DNA of 64,000 bases, from contig CAVSIV010000006.1 of assembly GCA_963728205.1 (NCBI GenBank), forward strand, positions 1,056,001-1,120,000, written 5' to 3'. Each line of letters starts with the position of its first letter. Position 1 is the stretch's first letter. Below are positions 61,244 to 64,000 of the stretch, piece by piece. The DNA is from an uncultured Chloroflexia bacterium (GTDB lineage Bacteria > Chloroflexota > Dehalococcoidia > UBA2979). The translations under genes and the position numbers were made by a program. The notes below the pieces were generated by a model. It saw only the letters and a program-made list of their open reading frames with translations. It was not told the origin of the DNA and ran no database searches.

Positions 61244-64000
61244 ATGTTTACGCACCTGCACACGCACACGGAGTTCTCGCTCCTCGACGGGCTCTCGAAG
61301 ATCCCGGAGCTCGTGGCGCACGCGAAGGCGCTCGGCCAGGAGTCGCTCGCGATCACCGATCACGGGGCGATGTACGGGGCCATCCAGTTCTACCAGGCTG
61401 CGAAGGCCGCCGAGATCAAGCCCATCATCGGGCTCGAGGCCTACGTGTCGCCGGGCTCGCGGTTCGACCGCGACGCGAAGTTGCGCTGGCCGTACCACCT
61501 CACGCTGCTCGCGCAGAACGTCCAGGGCTACCGCAACCTCATGAAGCTGACCAGCGCCTCGCACCTCGAGGGCTTCTACTACCGGCCGCGCATCGACCGC
61601 GAGCTGCTCGAGCAGCACCACGAAGGCCTGATCGCGCTCTCCGCGTGCCCGTCGGGCGAGGTGATGCTCGCGCTGCGCGAGGGGCGCGACGCGGACGCCC
61701 GCAAGGTTGCGGGCTGGTACTCGGACCTCTTCAAGGGCCGCTACTTCGTCGAGCTGCAGGAGCACGGGCAGCAGGAGTTCAGCGCGCTCAACCCGAAGCT
61801 CGTCGAACTGGCGCGCGGGATGGACCTCCCGCTCGTCGTGACCAACGACTCGCACTACACCTTCCCCGAGCAGCACCGCGCGCACGACACCCTGCTGTGC
61901 ATCGGCACGAACAGCACGATCCACGACGAGAAGCGCTTCAAGCTCGACAGCGACTCGTTCTACCTGCGCTCCGAGGACGAGATGCGGGCGCTCTTCCCGG
62001 ACCTGCCCGAGACGGTCGAGAACACGCAGCGCATCGCGGAGATGGTGGACATCAAGCTCGAGTTCGGGCGGACGATGCTGCCGGACCCGGGCGTTCCCGA
62101 GGGCATGACGGCGGCGGAGTACCTGCGGCAGCTCTGCGAAGAAGGGCTGCATCGCCGCTACGGGTCGCCGACGGACGCGCATGTGGAGCGGCTGCGGTAC
62201 GAGCTCGACGTCGTTCGGCAGACCGGCTTCGACGAGTACATGCTCATCGTGCGCGACATCGCGACGTTCGCGAAGACGAATGGCATCCCGATGGGCGTGC
62301 GCGGCTCGGCCGCCGCATCGATCATCCTGTACTGCCTGGGCGTCACCGACATCGAGCCACTGCAGTACGGGCTCGTCTTCGAGCGCTTCCTCAACCCCGA
62401 GCGCATCTCGATGCCGGACGTCGACTTCGACTTCGCGGACGATCGCCGCGAGGCCGTGATCCACTACGCGTCGGAGCGGTACGGCCGCGACCGCGTGGCG
62501 CAGATCTGCACGTTCGGGACGCTCGGCGCGAAGGCCGCGATCCGCGACACCGGGCGCGCGCTCGGCGTGGCGTACGGCGACACGGACCGCATCGCGCGCA
62601 TGATCCCGGACGAGCTGCACATCACGATCGAGCGCGCGCTCGAGACGTCGGCCGAGCTGCAGACCGCCTACGACGCCGAGCCGCAGGTGCGCGACGTGAT
62701 CGACACGGCGCGCAGCCTCGAGGGCGTGGCGCGGCACGCCAGCACGCACGCCGCCGGCGTCGTGATCTCGCGCGACCCGCTGAGCGAGGTCGTGCCCCTC
62801 CAGCGCGCGACGTCCTCAAAAGGCGCGGACGACCAGACGTCGCTGCCCACGACGCAGTACGCGATGGGCGACATCGAGAAGATCGGCCTGCTGAAGCTCG
62901 ACTTCCTGGGCCTCACGAACCTCACGATCCTCGGGAAGGCCATCGAGCTGATTCGCGAGGACCGCGGCGAAGAGCTCGATCTGATGGCGATCCCCGACGG
63001 GGATGCGGCCGCCGCGGAGCTGCTGGCCGCCGGCGAGACGTTCGGCGTGTTCCAGCTGGAGTCGTCCGGCATGCGGCGCTACGTCATGGAACTGAGGCCG
63101 CAGGACATCCGCGAGCTCTCCGCCATGGTCGCCCTGTTCCGCCCGGGGCCGATGGAACACATCCCGCAGTACATCGACGTGAAGCACCACCGGGCGGAGC
63201 CGGTGTACCCGCACGACGACCTCGCCGAGATCCTGGACGAGACCTACGGCGTCATCACCTACCAGGACCAGGTGCTCCAGATCGCGCGGCGCTTCGCCGG
63301 ATACTCGCTCGGCCAGGCCGACGTCATGCGCAAGGCGATGGGCAAGAAGATCGCGTCGGTCATGCTCGAGGAGCGCGACCGCTTCGTGCAGGGCGCGATG
63401 GCGAAGGGCTACGACCAGAAGCTCGCGGAGCGCATCTTCGAGCTGATCGAGCCGTTCGCGGGGTACGCGTTCAACAAGGCACACGCGTTCTCGTACGGGA
63501 CGATCGCCTACCAGACCGCGTACCTGAAGGCGCACTACCCGGTCGAATACATGGCGGCCGTGCTGATGGCCGCCGGCGGATCGCAGGACCGCATCGCGGC
63601 CGCGATTGCGGAGTGCACGCGCCTGCACGTGCCGGTGCTGCCACCCGACGTCAACCATTCCGAGGCGAACTTCAGCATCGAGCGCGCCGACGACGGCAGC
63701 GAGTCGATCCGCTTCGGTCTCGCGCAGATCAAGAACGTCGGCTCGGGCGGCGTGGCGTCGCTCATCGACATCCGCCGTGCGGACGGTCCGTTCGTCTCGC
63801 TGGAGGACTTCGCGCGACGGGTGAACCCGCGCGACGTGAACAAGCGCGTGCTCGAGTCGCTGGCGAAGGCCGGCGCGCTCGACGGCCTCGGCGAGCGGGG
63901 CGGGATCATCGGCGGCGTCGACCGGATGCTGTCGCTTGCGCAGCAGGAGGCCCGGCTGCGCGAGACCGGGCAGTCGAGCATGTTCGACCTGTTCGGGAAC
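61244..64000 (+). CDS. dnaE: DNA polymerase III alpha subunit (runs off right edge)
   Basis: Not in ORF track; [49 protein letters not shown]. Confidence 0.97.
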   Translation, partial: MFTHLHTHTEFSLLDGLSKIPELVAHAKALGQESLAITDHGAMYGAIQFYQAAKAAEIKPIIGLEAYVSPGSRFDRDAKLRWPYHLTLLAQNVQGYRNLMKLTSASHLEGFYYRPRIDRELLEQHHEGLIALSACPSGEVMLALREGRDADARKVAGWYSDLFKGRYFVELQEHGQQEFSALNPKLVELARGMDLPLVVTNDSHYTFPEQHRAHDTLLCIGTNSTIHDEKRFKLDSDSFYLRSEDEMRALFPDLPETVENTQRIAEMVDIKLEFGRTMLPDPGVPEGMTAAEYLRQLCEEGLHRRYGSPTDAHVERLRYELDVVRQTGFDEYMLIVRDIATFAKTNGIPMGVRGSAAASIILYCLGVTDIEPLQYGLVFERFLNPERISMPDVDFDFADDRREAVIHYASERYGRDRVAQICTFGTLGAKAAIRDTGRALGVAYGDTDRIARMIPDELHITIERALETSAELQTAYDAEPQVRDVIDTARSLEGVARHASTHAAGVVISRDPLSEVVPLQRATSSKGADDQTSLPTTQYAMGDIEKIGLLKLDFLGLTNLTILGKAIELIREDRGEELDLMAIPDGDAAAAELLAAGETFGVFQLESSGMRRYVMELRPQDIRELSAMVALFRPGPMEHIPQYIDVKHHRAEPVYPHDDLAEILDETYGVITYQDQVLQIARRFAGYSLGQADVMRKAMGKKIASVMLEERDRFVQGAMAKGYDQKLAERIFELIEPFAGYAFNKAHAFSYGTIAYQTAYLKAHYPVEYMAAVLMAAGGSQDRIAAAIAECTRLHVPVLPPDVNHSEANFSIERADDGSESIRFGLAQIKNVGSGGVASLIDIRRADGPFVSLEDFARRVNPRDVNKRVLESLAKAGALDGLGERGGIIGGVDRMLSLAQQEARLRETGQSSMFDLFGN

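Overview
Very GC-rich bacterial chromosome segment; gene content, gene order and RpoB/RpoC architecture suggest Chloroflexota, probably Dehalococcoidia-like (inference). It is mostly housekeeping: a heterodimeric ABC exporter, htpX, an acyl-CoA dehydrogenase pair, rpoB-rpoC, ispD-ispF-cysE-cysS, tRNA-Thr/Tyr/Thr-tuf-rpmG-secE-nusG-rplK-rplA-rplJ-rplL, radC, fpg, pheA, trkA x2, pdxST, tmk, thiolase, thrB, aspartokinase and a truncated dnaE. I saw no integrase, transposase, CRISPR array, rRNA or clear defence system. Eight single-base indels (5 in rpoB, 1 each in pcm, ybaK and thiolase) look like sequencing errors. The most interesting unexplained items are: (i) two tandem paralogous ~70-aa proteins sharing a CxH-x2-L-x-PRW...KA...CxxC-x3-F-x-P motif (13355-13898); (ii) a class A beta-lactamase-fold/TM/long coiled-coil protein with an internal ribosome-binding site; (iii) an ABATE-CGNR regulator with two TCACC-N18-GGTGR boxes over a divergent promoter; (iv) a nucleotidyltransferase-C2H2 miniprotein-DinB operon; (v) an unlisted 55-aa membrane protein heading a USP-TrkA-TrkA operon with no K+ channel; (vi) an R529K change in the RpoB rifampicin pocket; (vii) several apparently leaderless genes. 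All functional proposals are hypotheses; no database searches were run.
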